A stretch of DNA of 64,000 bases from the NCBI GenBank assembly GCA_965248435.1, contig OZ252100.1, positions 5,184,001-5,248,000 of the forward strand, in the 5' to 3' direction. The translations under genes were made by a program, and so were the position numbers. The notes beneath the pieces were generated by a model. That model was not told the origin of the DNA. It saw nothing but the letters and a program-made list of their open reading frames with translations, and did not search any database. Source of the DNA: Candidatus Latescibacterota bacterium. Lineage in GTDB: Bacteria > Latescibacterota > UBA2968 > GCA-2709665. Positions 37,849 to 47,168 of the stretch are shown here, in pieces (within the stretch, counting starts at the first letter, position 1; each line of letters opens with the position of its first letter).

Positions 37849-38697
37849 GTGCCCAAAGGTCTGACAACCGAGCAGTGCTCTGAGTTTCTGGAGAAGGGAC
37901 ATCTTCTGGTTGAAGACGTGATCCCGTCCGAAGACCTCGACCCCGTTATCAGCGACATCGGCGAGAAGATCAGTGAGAAAGCGCGTGATGCGTTCGAAGC
38001 AGGGCGGCTTGATGATCCATACGAGGATGAGCCGTTCGACCGGCAACTGGCGATGATCTGCGAGGCGATGGAGGACTACTCGGACGTCTGGCGTGCGGTG
38101 ATGGACAAGAAGCTGAAATCGCCAGGGATGTTCGCCGTCATCACGAATCCTGGAATTCTGGATATCGTGGAGTCGCTCATCGGTTCGGAGATCCTCGCCC
38201 ATCCGCAGTGGAACTGCCAGGCGAAGCTGCCGCAGGAAGAGAAGTCCAAAGTGCCCTGGCATCAGGATCAGGCCCTTCTGAAGCCGGAGGCCGATCAGAC
38301 GTTCATGGTAAACCTCTGGACACCCCTGGTAGACGCCACCGTGGAGAATGGATGTTTAGAGGTAATTACGGGGAGTCACAAAACGGGATTGAGGCCACAT
38401 CAAAGGTTTCCCGGAGATGAAAGCGGGATCCTCGACGAAGATTTGCCCGATGGGGAGGCGGTCGCATGCCCCATCCTGAAAGGCGGTATCGTTCTGTTCA
38501 ACGGCAAGACGATTCACCGCTCGTTCGCGAACCGCACCGACCGGATCCGCTGGAGTCTGGACCTGCGCTACAGTGATCCAGCGCAGCCGACGGGCAGGGC
38601 CCACGTACCGGGATTCATCGCCCGTAGTAGAAAGCGACCCGAAGCGGTGGCAAAAAGCAATTTGGACTGGCTGGAATTGTTCGATTCTCGGGCATAG
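37849..38697 (+). CDS. PhyH family dioxygenase (tandem copy 2)
   Basis: PWHQD, ITGSH, HRS, RWSLDLRY. Confidence 0.9.
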   Translation: MPKGLTTEQCSEFLEKGHLLVEDVIPSEDLDPVISDIGEKISEKARDAFEAGRLDDPYEDEPFDRQLAMICEAMEDYSDVWRAVMDKKLKSPGMFAVITNPGILDIVESLIGSEILAHPQWNCQAKLPQEEKSKVPWHQDQALLKPEADQTFMVNLWTPLVDATVENGCLEVITGSHKTGLRPHQRFPGDESGILDEDLPDGEAVACPILKGGIVLFNGKTIHRSFANRTDRIRWSLDLRYSDPAQPTGRAHVPGFIARSRKRPEAVAKSNLDWLELFDSRA

Positions 38698-38709
38698 AGG
38701 AAGAGAAAC

Positions 38710-39564
38710 ATGGCAGGAGGGCTGACGCCAGAGCAACTCGCTCAGTATTTGGAGAACGGACATCTTCTGGTTGAAGACGTGTTCCCGCCCGAAGACCTTG
38801 AGCCCCTTATCAGCGACATCACCGAAAGGATCGCCGAGAAGGCGCGCGAGGCGTTCGAGGCGGGACGCCTGGATGACCTCTATGAGGATGAGCCTTTCGA
38901 GCGGCGACTCGGCAGGATCTGTGACGCGATGGAGGACTACTCGGACATATGGAAAGCGGTGATGTACAAGAAGCTGAAGTCGCCGGGGATGTTCGCCGTC
39001 ATCTCGAATCCTGGGATTCTGGATGTCGTGGAGTCGATCATCGGTCCGGAGATCCTCGCCCATCCGCAGTGGAACTGTCAGGCGAAACTGCCGCGCGAGA
39101 GCCTATCCAAAGTGCCCTGGCATCAGGACCTCGCCTTCTTGAGTCCCGAGGCGGCGGAGACGTTCATGGTGAATGTCTGGACGCCGCTGGTGGATGTCGC
39201 GGTTCAGAATGGGTGCCTGGAGGTGATTACCGGAAGTCATAAAACTGGATTGAAACCCCACGGCGAAGTTCACAAGGAACAGACTCCCGGGATCCGTGAC
39301 GAACACCTGCCGGATGGGGAGGCCGTGGCCTGTCCCGTTCGAAGAGGGGGCGTGGTCCTGTTTCAGAGCAGGACGATGCACCGCTCGTTCGCGAACCGCT
39401 CCGACGGCCTCCGCTGGAGTCTGGACCTGCGCTACACCGATCCTGCTCAGCCGACGGGCCGTGAACACACCCCCGGGTTCATCGCTCGGAGCCGGAAGCA
39501 TCCCGAGTCGGTCGCCAAGAGCCATCTGGATTGGATCGATCTGGTGGAGAGATCTGAAGCGTGA
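38710..39564 (+). CDS. PhyH family dioxygenase (tandem copy 3)
   Basis: PWHQD, ITGSH, HRS, RWSLDLRY. Confidence 0.9.
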   Translation: MAGGLTPEQLAQYLENGHLLVEDVFPPEDLEPLISDITERIAEKAREAFEAGRLDDLYEDEPFERRLGRICDAMEDYSDIWKAVMYKKLKSPGMFAVISNPGILDVVESIIGPEILAHPQWNCQAKLPRESLSKVPWHQDLAFLSPEAAETFMVNVWTPLVDVAVQNGCLEVITGSHKTGLKPHGEVHKEQTPGIRDEHLPDGEAVACPVRRGGVVLFQSRTMHRSFANRSDGLRWSLDLRYTDPAQPTGREHTPGFIARSRKHPESVAKSHLDWIDLVERSEA

Positions 39565-39616
39565 ATCTGGATTGTGCCGGGGAGGCGGGAGGATCCGTGA
39601 CGGGTGAAACGGGCGA

Positions 39617-40765
39617 TCAGCCGATCCCTTCGTTCGGGATGATCGTGGCTTTGACACAGCGCATGGCCATCGCGCTCTGTATGGCGTCGGAAACGCCCGC
39701 TTCGGTGAACGGGAACGTCGTCTGCATCAGGTGCCACGGGTAGCGATCCCGGGCGCGATCCAGCATGTCGATCGCCAGCGGGATGTCGTTCGCGGTGAAG
39801 CCCCAGCTGCCCAGGAGGTTGATGTCTTTCGTGCAGATCCGGTGCCAGTTCGTTTCGACCGATCCGGCATCCGTGAACTGGCCCATTTCGACGTAGGTTC
39901 CCCCGTCCCGAAGCATCTCGATTCCCTCAGGACCTGAAGAAGGGTGACCCGTGCACTCCATAACAAGGTCGGCCCCGAAGCCGCCGACGATCTCCCGGAC
40001 CGCTCCCACACGCGCCTCCGGCGTCCTGTGTTCATCGATGGAGACCGTTGCGTCTGCCCCGAATTCGCGGCAGAGGGCCAGCCTGGGCTCTTCCGGGGCG
40101 CCTACGGCCACGACCTTTCCGGCACCCATCTCCTGGGCGGCGACGATGGCCAGGACGCCGATCGGCCCCGATCCCTGTACCACGACCGTGTCTCCGTTCT
40201 TGAAGCCTCCTGCCGAAACGGCCCGATTGATGCCTCGAACGCACGAGGTCAGTGGCTCTGAGAGCGACCCGAGCATCAGCGACATATCATCCGGCAGTCG
40301 GTAGATCTTGGTCGCCGGCAGCATGTCCAGATCCACATAGACCATTTCTGCCCAGCCCCCCCAGAGATGGGGCGGTTTTTCAAATGGCAGGTAGCGGCCA
40401 TAGTAGGTGGGGTTGAGACACTTGTTGGCGTTGAGGGGGTAGTGCACGCAGTAGTAGCACACCCCGCAGGGCATCAGGGGCGGAAGCATGACTTTGCTTC
40501 CTTCGGATAAGGGCTGGTCCATGAAGTCGGCTTCCAGAGCCGGCCCCTTTTCCACGATCACGCCGGAAAGCTCGTGTCCGAGCGTAAACGGCCACGGCAG
40601 CGGTTTGGGCCAGTGACCCTTCAGGATGTGAAGGTCGGTGCCGCAAACGCCACACGCCCCGATCTGGATGAGGGCGGCCCGGTCGGGGACCTCCGGCCTG
40701 GGCACCGTCTGGATCTTCGGCTCGGTGCCTGGACCATCGAACGTTGCGACCTGCACATCTGGCAT
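39617..40765 (-). CDS. Zinc-binding alcohol dehydrogenase family protein
   Basis: CGTD, GHE, CGVCYYC..C, GSGPIG. Confidence 0.9.
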   Translation of the reverse strand: MPDVQVATFDGPGTEPKIQTVPRPEVPDRAALIQIGACGVCGTDLHILKGHWPKPLPWPFTLGHELSGVIVEKGPALEADFMDQPLSEGSKVMLPPLMPCGVCYYCVHYPLNANKCLNPTYYGRYLPFEKPPHLWGGWAEMVYVDLDMLPATKIYRLPDDMSLMLGSLSEPLTSCVRGINRAVSAGGFKNGDTVVVQGSGPIGVLAIVAAQEMGAGKVVAVGAPEEPRLALCREFGADATVSIDEHRTPEARVGAVREIVGGFGADLVMECTGHPSSGPEGIEMLRDGGTYVEMGQFTDAGSVETNWHRICTKDINLLGSWGFTANDIPLAIDMLDRARDRYPWHLMQTTFPFTEAGVSDAIQSAMAMRCVKATIIPNEGIG

Positions 40766-40820
40766 GTTAAGCTCCACTTCTGAGATTCACACGATTTCAC
40801 TTCAAACAAGGAGGTGTCAC

Positions 40821-41402
40821 GTGGCTTTCACGGTGCAAATCGGCGATACTGCGCCTGACTTCGAGTTGCAAGCGACCGACGGCAAGACCTACACACTTTC
40901 TGATTTCGATGAGGCAGAGGCCCTCGTGGTTTTCTTCACGTGCAATCACTGCCCCTACGTGATCGGATCGGACGAGGTGACGCGCGAGACCGCCGATCGA
41001 TTCGCCAACAAAGGTGTCAGGTTTGTCGGCATCAACTCGAACAGCGAGACCACCCATCCGGACGACAGCTTTGAGCACATGGTCGAGCGGATGGAGACCC
41101 ACAACTTTCCCTGGGTCTATCTCCACGACAAATCGCAGGAGGTCGCCAAGGCCTACGGCGCGCTCAGGACGCCCCATTTCTACATCTTCGACGGAGATCG
41201 AAAGCTCGTGTATACGGGGCGGGCGGTCGACAATCCGAAAGAGACTTCCCAGATGACGGTCAACGATCTCGAAAATGCACTGAACGATCAGTTACAGGGC
41301 CACGCCGTCGGCACTCCGCTTACGAATCCGCTTGGATGTAACGTGAAGTGGGAAGGCCAGGACGGTCACTGGATGCCTGCTGAGGCCTGCGACCTGGTGT
41401 AG
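40821..41402 (+). CDS. Thioredoxin-like AhpC/TSA family protein
   Basis: APDFEL, CNHCPYV, GCNVKW; AAGGAGGT RBS. Confidence 0.9.
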   Translation: MAFTVQIGDTAPDFELQATDGKTYTLSDFDEAEALVVFFTCNHCPYVIGSDEVTRETADRFANKGVRFVGINSNSETTHPDDSFEHMVERMETHNFPWVYLHDKSQEVAKAYGALRTPHFYIFDGDRKLVYTGRAVDNPKETSQMTVNDLENALNDQLQGHAVGTPLTNPLGCNVKWEGQDGHWMPAEACDLV

Positions 41403-41406
41403 GCCC

Positions 41407-42183
41407 TCAAAGGCCTGCGATCTTTTTTACGAGATCTCTGCTTCTCTTTACCGACTCGATCGGTTCAGAGAGGTTCGGGTTTAGTTCAATGCTGACGGGT
41501 CCAGCGTAGCCGGTTTCATTCAGGGCCTCGAGGGTTCCGCCGAGTAATTCCTCGGTCAGAACTCCGTCTGTCAGTTCCAGGTGGAGGTCGCCTTCCCCAT
41601 CGTTGTCATCCAGGTGAACGTAGGCCAGGCGATCGCCGGCCTGTCTGATCGTGTTCGCAGGATCCTCTCCCGAGATCTGGATATGACCGATATCGAACAA
41701 GAGGTAGAGGTTCGGGTGCCCGATCCCGTGGATGAATTCAAGCGTGCCTGAAGCGGTGAAGAGGGCCGTGTTCGGAAAGTGTTCGATGCAGAGTTTGAGG
41801 CCCAGAGAGCCGGCCGTTTCGGCCAGGGATTCGAGCGACCGAGCGTAGCGCGCCATCGATTCCGAGTCATCGCCTTTACCTGGGAGTACGTAGACCACGT
41901 CGGCACCCAGATCTTTCGAGGTACGCAGACCCTCTTCGATGTGGCGCATCGCTCGTGAGACTTCATCGGGGTCGGGATCGTCCAGCGCCGCGCCCTCCGG
42001 AATGCCAAACGATGCCCCGACGCTGGAGACGCGCAGCCCCAGTCCCACAGCTTTCTCCCTCGATGCCTCGGGAGTCAAGGTGTCGGGTTTCACGTCGATC
42101 AAATCGAATCCCGCCCCGGCGATCTCGTCAAGGACCCGATCGGTCGAGCCGGGAAGAGACCACACACAACAGGAGAGGGTCAC
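41407..42183 (-). CDS. Sugar phosphate isomerase/epimerase (xylose isomerase-like TIM barrel)
   Basis: LCIEH, FDIGH, VHLDD..G..D.H, SIEL. Confidence 0.85.
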   Translation of the reverse strand: MTLSCCVWSLPGSTDRVLDEIAGAGFDLIDVKPDTLTPEASREKAVGLGLRVSSVGASFGIPEGAALDDPDPDEVSRAMRHIEEGLRTSKDLGADVVYVLPGKGDDSESMARYARSLESLAETAGSLGLKLCIEHFPNTALFTASGTLEFIHGIGHPNLYLLFDIGHIQISGEDPANTIRQAGDRLAYVHLDDNDGEGDLHLELTDGVLTEELLGGTLEALNETGYAGPVSIELNPNLSEPIESVKRSRDLVKKIAGL

Positions 42184-42319
42184 TACAGGCCTCCTTCTTG
42201 TCTTCGGGTGCGATAGTTTGGAAAGGTGCCAAAAAGATAGTCGGCTGCTGACAGCTATGCAAGGTGGTAATTTAGGACGAGAATTCATTATTTGAATCAG
42301 AACCGGAGGGAGCTTATTC

Positions 42320-43405
42320 ATGAAAACCTACAGGGCCGCACTCGTGGGCTGCAGTCGGATGGGGGCCTTCATCGACAATGAAGTCGTTGGATCGCCCAGA
42401 ATCATCCCCCCTTATTCACACGCGGCGGGATACACCGCGTGTGAGCGAACAGACCTCGTTGCCTGCTCCGACGTTCGGCCGGAGATGATGGAGGCGGTCG
42501 GCGAACGGTATGATGTGCCCAAGGAGCGGCACTACACGGATTACAAGGAGCTGATCGAGAAAGAGCGTCCAGACATCGTAAGCGTGGCCACCCAACCGGA
42601 GCAGCGGGCCGAGATCGTGATCCACGCCGTAGAGAACGGCGTGAAGGCCATCTACGCGGAAAAGGCCATGGCCGCTTCGCTTGAAGAATGCGACCGAATG
42701 GTCGAGGCCGTGGAACGGCACGGCGTCGCGTTCAACCTGGGGACGAACCGGAGATGGAACGCTGGCTACGATACGATGAAAGGCGTGATCGACAGCGGGG
42801 AGCTGGGAGATCTCAAAAGCCTCATCATTTACAACAGTGCCACGCTCTTCAACTCGGCGAGCCACTCGTTCGATCTTATCCTGAGGCTGAATGACGACGT
42901 GGCTGTGTCCTGGGTCCAGGCCCACCTTCCCGACGGGGACGCAGCGCTCGACGGAGATATTTTACGGGAGGATCCCACCGCCGAGGGCATCATCCAGTTC
43001 GAGAACGGCGTGAAGGGCTATGCCCTGCTGAGCGGGCGGGGCTACGAACTGGAGGCGATTTGTGAGGAAGGCACCATAACCGCCTATAATGACGGGCTGG
43101 ATTGGCGGCTCAGGCGCAGCGTATCCCTCGATCCCCAGGGAAGGAAGGGGACCCAAGAAGACCGTTTTCCAGATTATGAGAAGGCCAGCTCGACCTTGAG
43201 ACTCGTAGAGGACCTGGTTCACGCCCTCGATACCGGAGAGCCGACGCGGGGCGGCGTACGCGTGGCCCGGGCCAGCACGGAGATGATCTTCGCGTTCATC
43301 GAATCGCACCGCCGAGGGGGTGCCAGGGTTACGCTGCCTCTGCAGGATTGCCGACTGCAGCTCCAACGGAATAGGCAGCCCAGGCAACCCAAGTTCAATG
43401 CGTAA
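42320..43405 (+). CDS. Gfo/Idh/MocA family oxidoreductase
   Basis: ALVGC, PDIVSVAT, AEKAMA, SHSFD. Confidence 0.9.
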   Translation: MKTYRAALVGCSRMGAFIDNEVVGSPRIIPPYSHAAGYTACERTDLVACSDVRPEMMEAVGERYDVPKERHYTDYKELIEKERPDIVSVATQPEQRAEIVIHAVENGVKAIYAEKAMAASLEECDRMVEAVERHGVAFNLGTNRRWNAGYDTMKGVIDSGELGDLKSLIIYNSATLFNSASHSFDLILRLNDDVAVSWVQAHLPDGDAALDGDILREDPTAEGIIQFENGVKGYALLSGRGYELEAICEEGTITAYNDGLDWRLRRSVSLDPQGRKGTQEDRFPDYEKASSTLRLVEDLVHALDTGEPTRGGVRVARASTEMIFAFIESHRRGGARVTLPLQDCRLQLQRNRQPRQPKFNA

Positions 43406-43440
43406 GGGGAGACGAACGTGTTGGGAAACGTACCTGGGCC

Positions 43441-45231
43441 ATGAATCCACCGACCGTTCTACTTGAGTCGTATTCGGCTGAGAGAGATACGGATTCCTTT
43501 GCCTTTTCCGGTTACAGGGGGGAATTGGCCGCGTATCGGCCTGAAGAGGTGATCCAAGTCCTGGAGGAGGTGGAGCGAGAGGTCGAGCAGGGTCGCCACG
43601 CGGCCGGATTTCTGTCCTATGAAGCGGCGTCCGGACTTGATTCAGTATTGAAGACCCGTGAGGGCGGCGTGCTCCCGCTCGCCTGGTTTTCGATGTTCGA
43701 TGAGCGATCGAAAACGGCTCCGGAGACTGCTAGGGAAAGTTCCTCATTCTCGCTTTCAGAGTGGCGACCTTCCATCACTCGCAGTTCGTTCGATCGCAGC
43801 ATACAGCGCGTTAGAGACTACATCACCGCGGGGGACACCTATCAGGTCAACTTCACGTTCCGGATGCAGGCCGATTTCGATGGGGATGCCTACGGACTGT
43901 ATCAGGATCTCTGTCGCGCGCTCAGGCCCTCGTATTGTGCTTACATCGATACCGGCAGATTCCAGATTCTATCAGCTTCGCCCGAGCAGTTCTTCTCTTT
44001 AAGAGGAGACAGACTGTCTGCGCGTCCGATGAAGGGGACAGGGCGCAGAGGCAGATGGACGGGGGAGGATGACGCAAACTCTGACCTGCTTCAGAAATCA
44101 ACGAAGGATCGTGCTGAGAACGTTATGATCGTTGATCTTCTGAGGAATGACCTGGGCCGCGTCTCCGACGTTGGCAGCGTGACCGTCCGGAATCTGTGGG
44201 AGGTAGAGAGATACGAGACGGTGCTGCAGATGACCTCTACTTTGGAGTCTCGTTTGAAACCGAAGACCGGCATCGTCGAAGTTCTGAAGTCGACCTTTCC
44301 GTGCGGTTCTGTAACCGGTGCGCCCAAGGTGAGGACGATGGAGATCATCTCTGAGCTGGAAGACCGGCCGAGGGGGATCTACACGGGATGTATCGGGTTC
44401 ATCTCGCCCGGACCCGATGTCCGATTCAACGTTCCGATTCGAACCGTCTGGATCGACGGGGAGCGTGGGCTGGCGGAATTCGGGGTTGGCTGTGGGGTAA
44501 CGCACGATTCCAGACCGGATGAAGAGTACGAGGAGTGCCGGCTGAAGGCCAGGTTTCTGGCGACCCGGAAACCCGAATTCGACCTTCTGGAGACGTTGCG
44601 ATTCGACGAAGACAAAGGATATTTCTTGCTGGACAGACACCTCGAGCGCCTCCGGGACTCAGCTAGGTACTTCGGGTTTCGGTGTGACACGGGGCAGGTT
44701 GAAACGGCGCTGAGAGAGGAGGTGGACGGCCGGGAGAGGGGAAGCTACCGGATTCGATTGACCCTGAGTCGGTTCGGAGATATCAGCGTGAGCAGGGAGC
44801 CGCTTCACGAGCGTGACCGCGAAGTGCGGCTCCGTACGGGGATTTCAGATCTGCCCGTCGATAGCGGTGATGTAATGCTGTTCCACAAAACGACCCATCG
44901 GCGGCCTTATGATGAGCGGCTTTCGCGCAGAGAGCATTGTGACGAGGTTATTCTGGTAAACGAGCGAGGCGAGGTCACGGAGTGCTCCATTGGGAATCTT
45001 GTGGCCGAAATCGAGGGTCGGGCAGTCACCCCACCCCTGCGCTGTGGCGTCCTGCCCGGGACGTTTCGATCAGAATTGCTCGAGACCGAGAGAATCGAAG
45101 AGCGGCTCCTCAGCGTGGACGATCTATGTGGAGCAGAGGCACTTTATCTGATCAATTCGGTTCAGGGGTGGGTCCCTCTGGAACTGGTAGATTCGACATC
45201 GCAAACCACCCGTGAAAACTTGAGGGTCTGA
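43441..45231 (+). CDS. pabB: Aminodeoxychorismate synthase component I fused to class IV aminotransferase/ADC lyase
   Basis: GDTYQVN, PMKGT, AENVMIVDLLRNDL, FPCGSVTGAPK; C-terminal HLERL, HKTT, LPGTFR. Confidence 0.9.
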   Translation: MNPPTVLLESYSAERDTDSFAFSGYRGELAAYRPEEVIQVLEEVEREVEQGRHAAGFLSYEAASGLDSVLKTREGGVLPLAWFSMFDERSKTAPETARESSSFSLSEWRPSITRSSFDRSIQRVRDYITAGDTYQVNFTFRMQADFDGDAYGLYQDLCRALRPSYCAYIDTGRFQILSASPEQFFSLRGDRLSARPMKGTGRRGRWTGEDDANSDLLQKSTKDRAENVMIVDLLRNDLGRVSDVGSVTVRNLWEVERYETVLQMTSTLESRLKPKTGIVEVLKSTFPCGSVTGAPKVRTMEIISELEDRPRGIYTGCIGFISPGPDVRFNVPIRTVWIDGERGLAEFGVGCGVTHDSRPDEEYEECRLKARFLATRKPEFDLLETLRFDEDKGYFLLDRHLERLRDSARYFGFRCDTGQVETALREEVDGRERGSYRIRLTLSRFGDISVSREPLHERDREVRLRTGISDLPVDSGDVMLFHKTTHRRPYDERLSRREHCDEVILVNERGEVTECSIGNLVAEIEGRAVTPPLRCGVLPGTFRSELLETERIEERLLSVDDLCGAEALYLINSVQGWVPLELVDSTSQTTRENLRV

Positions 45232-45232
45232 C

Positions 45233-45979
45233 ATGAACGGTTCCGCAAAAATCGGAGCGATCTACCCGAACGATGCTTGGGTGGACGCAGATGTTCAGCG
45301 GATGATCGACGACTTTGGGTGTTTCTTGCCGGAAGACGTCAAGCTGATCACGGCAGGGACGATGGTACCGCACAAATCGCAGAGTCAAGACATGGGTGTT
45401 TGGCTGGCTGAGAATGGGGACATCGAGGAGGCAGCTAGGCGCTTGATGCGGTATTCGCCCGACTGCTTTGCCTACTTTTGTACGACCGTGAGTTTCATAC
45501 GAGGGGTGGGCGGTGACGAGGAGATCAGCAATAGAATCACCGAGGCCACGGGGCTGCCGGCCACCACGACCAGCACGGCGATGGTGAAGGCGCTCAAGTC
45601 GATGGGCGTCGAACGGCTGGCACTGGCCTCACCCTACATGCCCGATGTTGAGGCCGCTTTTGTTTCCTTTCTGGAAGGACATGGTTTCAAGATAGTCAAC
45701 AGCGTCGCGCTGAACCTCCCGGATGGGCACGCAATCGTCCCACAGGAACGCGTCCGGAGTGCCGCCGAAGGGGCGGACAGGCCGGAGGCCGATGCCGTTT
45801 TCATCGGCTGTACCGGTCAGAGGTTGGGGCGATTCTTGGACGACATGGAAGCCGGCCTGGGAAAGCCCGTGCTGACCGCGAATCAGGCTACGGTCTGGCA
45901 CGCCCTGCAGCTTATCGGTCGCGAACCGGTGGTCCCTGAACGGGGTTCCTTGTTCGCGCAGGATCGTTCGCCAAAATAG
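45233..45979 (+). CDS. Maleate cis-trans isomerase / arylmalonate decarboxylase (Asp/Glu racemase) family protein
   Basis: YFCTT and IGCT catalytic Cys pair, SPY, GKPVLTANQA. Confidence 0.85.
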   Translation: MNGSAKIGAIYPNDAWVDADVQRMIDDFGCFLPEDVKLITAGTMVPHKSQSQDMGVWLAENGDIEEAARRLMRYSPDCFAYFCTTVSFIRGVGGDEEISNRITEATGLPATTTSTAMVKALKSMGVERLALASPYMPDVEAAFVSFLEGHGFKIVNSVALNLPDGHAIVPQERVRSAAEGADRPEADAVFIGCTGQRLGRFLDDMEAGLGKPVLTANQATVWHALQLIGREPVVPERGSLFAQDRSPK

Positions 45980-46003
45980 CGGAATAAACGGGAGGAGACC
46001 GAA

Positions 46004-46489
46004 ATGGCTCGTCAGATCCAGATCATCCTTGAAAAACGGGGCGTGACCTGCACGGCAGAGCTGCTGGATGACCTCGCGCCAAAGACCTGCCAGGCGCTTT
46101 GGAACGCACTGCCCCAGGGGGGGGATGCCTATCACGCGAAGTATGCGAACAACGAGGTCTACACCCTGGTCCCCCCGTTCGCGGATGAAGAGCCCGGGTT
46201 GGAGAACCCCACGATGATGCCGACCTCCGGTGACCTCCTCTATTTTTTCTTTTCCGGTACGCAGATATCGCAGTCGGCGTTCAACGAGAAGTCAGGCGCC
46301 TCAGATGCGGTCGATCTGGCCATTTTCTATGGACGAGACAATTATCTCCTTTCCCCGACGCTGGGACCGGTCCCTGGGAATCGGTTTGGAACGGTCACGG
46401 AGAATTTCGAGGCGATGGCGAAGGCGTGCGACAACATCTGGCGAGAGGGATTCAAGGGAGAGAGGCTCGTCTTCACCCGAAAGGAATGA
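46004..46489 (+). CDS. DUF3830 family protein (cyclophilin-like fold)
   Basis: APKTC, HAKYANNEVY, ENPT..P..GD, DLAIFYGR. Confidence 0.8.
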   Translation: MARQIQIILEKRGVTCTAELLDDLAPKTCQALWNALPQGGDAYHAKYANNEVYTLVPPFADEEPGLENPTMMPTSGDLLYFFFSGTQISQSAFNEKSGASDAVDLAIFYGRDNYLLSPTLGPVPGNRFGTVTENFEAMAKACDNIWREGFKGERLVFTRKE

Positions 46490-46490
46490 C

Positions 46491-47156
46491 ATGCGTGTGA
46501 CGGCCGCGAATCTTGCGTTGATGACATTATTGGTACTCTGTCCGCATCAAGCTTGCGCACTCGGCGGATCGTCCAAATCGGAGTCCGATGACAAAGACCG
46601 CCTCCAGAAGGAGGCGGTCAAACTTTATAACAAGGGGCTCAAACACCGGGACAAGGCCTGGAAGAAGGAGAAGCAGGCCGCCGAGACCAAGAGTGCAAAG
46701 AAGCGTGCAAAGCATCAGACGTCCGCACAGAAGGAGTACAAAAGGGCGATCAAGGCATTCTCTGTCGCGACCCAAAAGAACCCGCAATTTCACGAGGCTT
46801 TTGGGAGTCTGGGGTATGCCTATAGAAAAACGGGTGACTACAAGGCGGCGCTCGAGGCCTACGATCGGGCGCTCACCTTGAGTCCGGACTATACCGAGGC
46901 CATCGAGTACCGCGGTGAGGCCTACCTCGGCTTGAATCGAATCGACGATGCCAGGGTTGCCTACTACCAGCTGCTCAACCTGAGCCCCAAGCAGGCCGTA
47001 GAACTGCTTCGGGCGACGAAACGATGGGTGAAGCGCCAGCGGGAGGCCGAAGCGACCTCGGTCAGTCAGGAAGTTCTAGACCTGACCCAGAAATGGATTA
47101 GCGAGAAAGAGGAGGCGGGCTCGGCAGATGAGCCCGAGGAAAGCGATTCCTGGTGA
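46491..47156 (+). CDS. Secreted tetratricopeptide repeat protein
   Basis: Signal-like N-terminus; TPR pattern LGYAYRKTGDYKAALEAYDRAL.L.P. Confidence 0.85.
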   Translation: MRVTAANLALMTLLVLCPHQACALGGSSKSESDDKDRLQKEAVKLYNKGLKHRDKAWKKEKQAAETKSAKKRAKHQTSAQKEYKRAIKAFSVATQKNPQFHEAFGSLGYAYRKTGDYKAALEAYDRALTLSPDYTEAIEYRGEAYLGLNRIDDARVAYYQLLNLSPKQAVELLRATKRWVKRQREAEATSVSQEVLDLTQKWISEKEEAGSADEPEESDSW

Positions 47157-47168
47157 GCTTGCTGCCTG

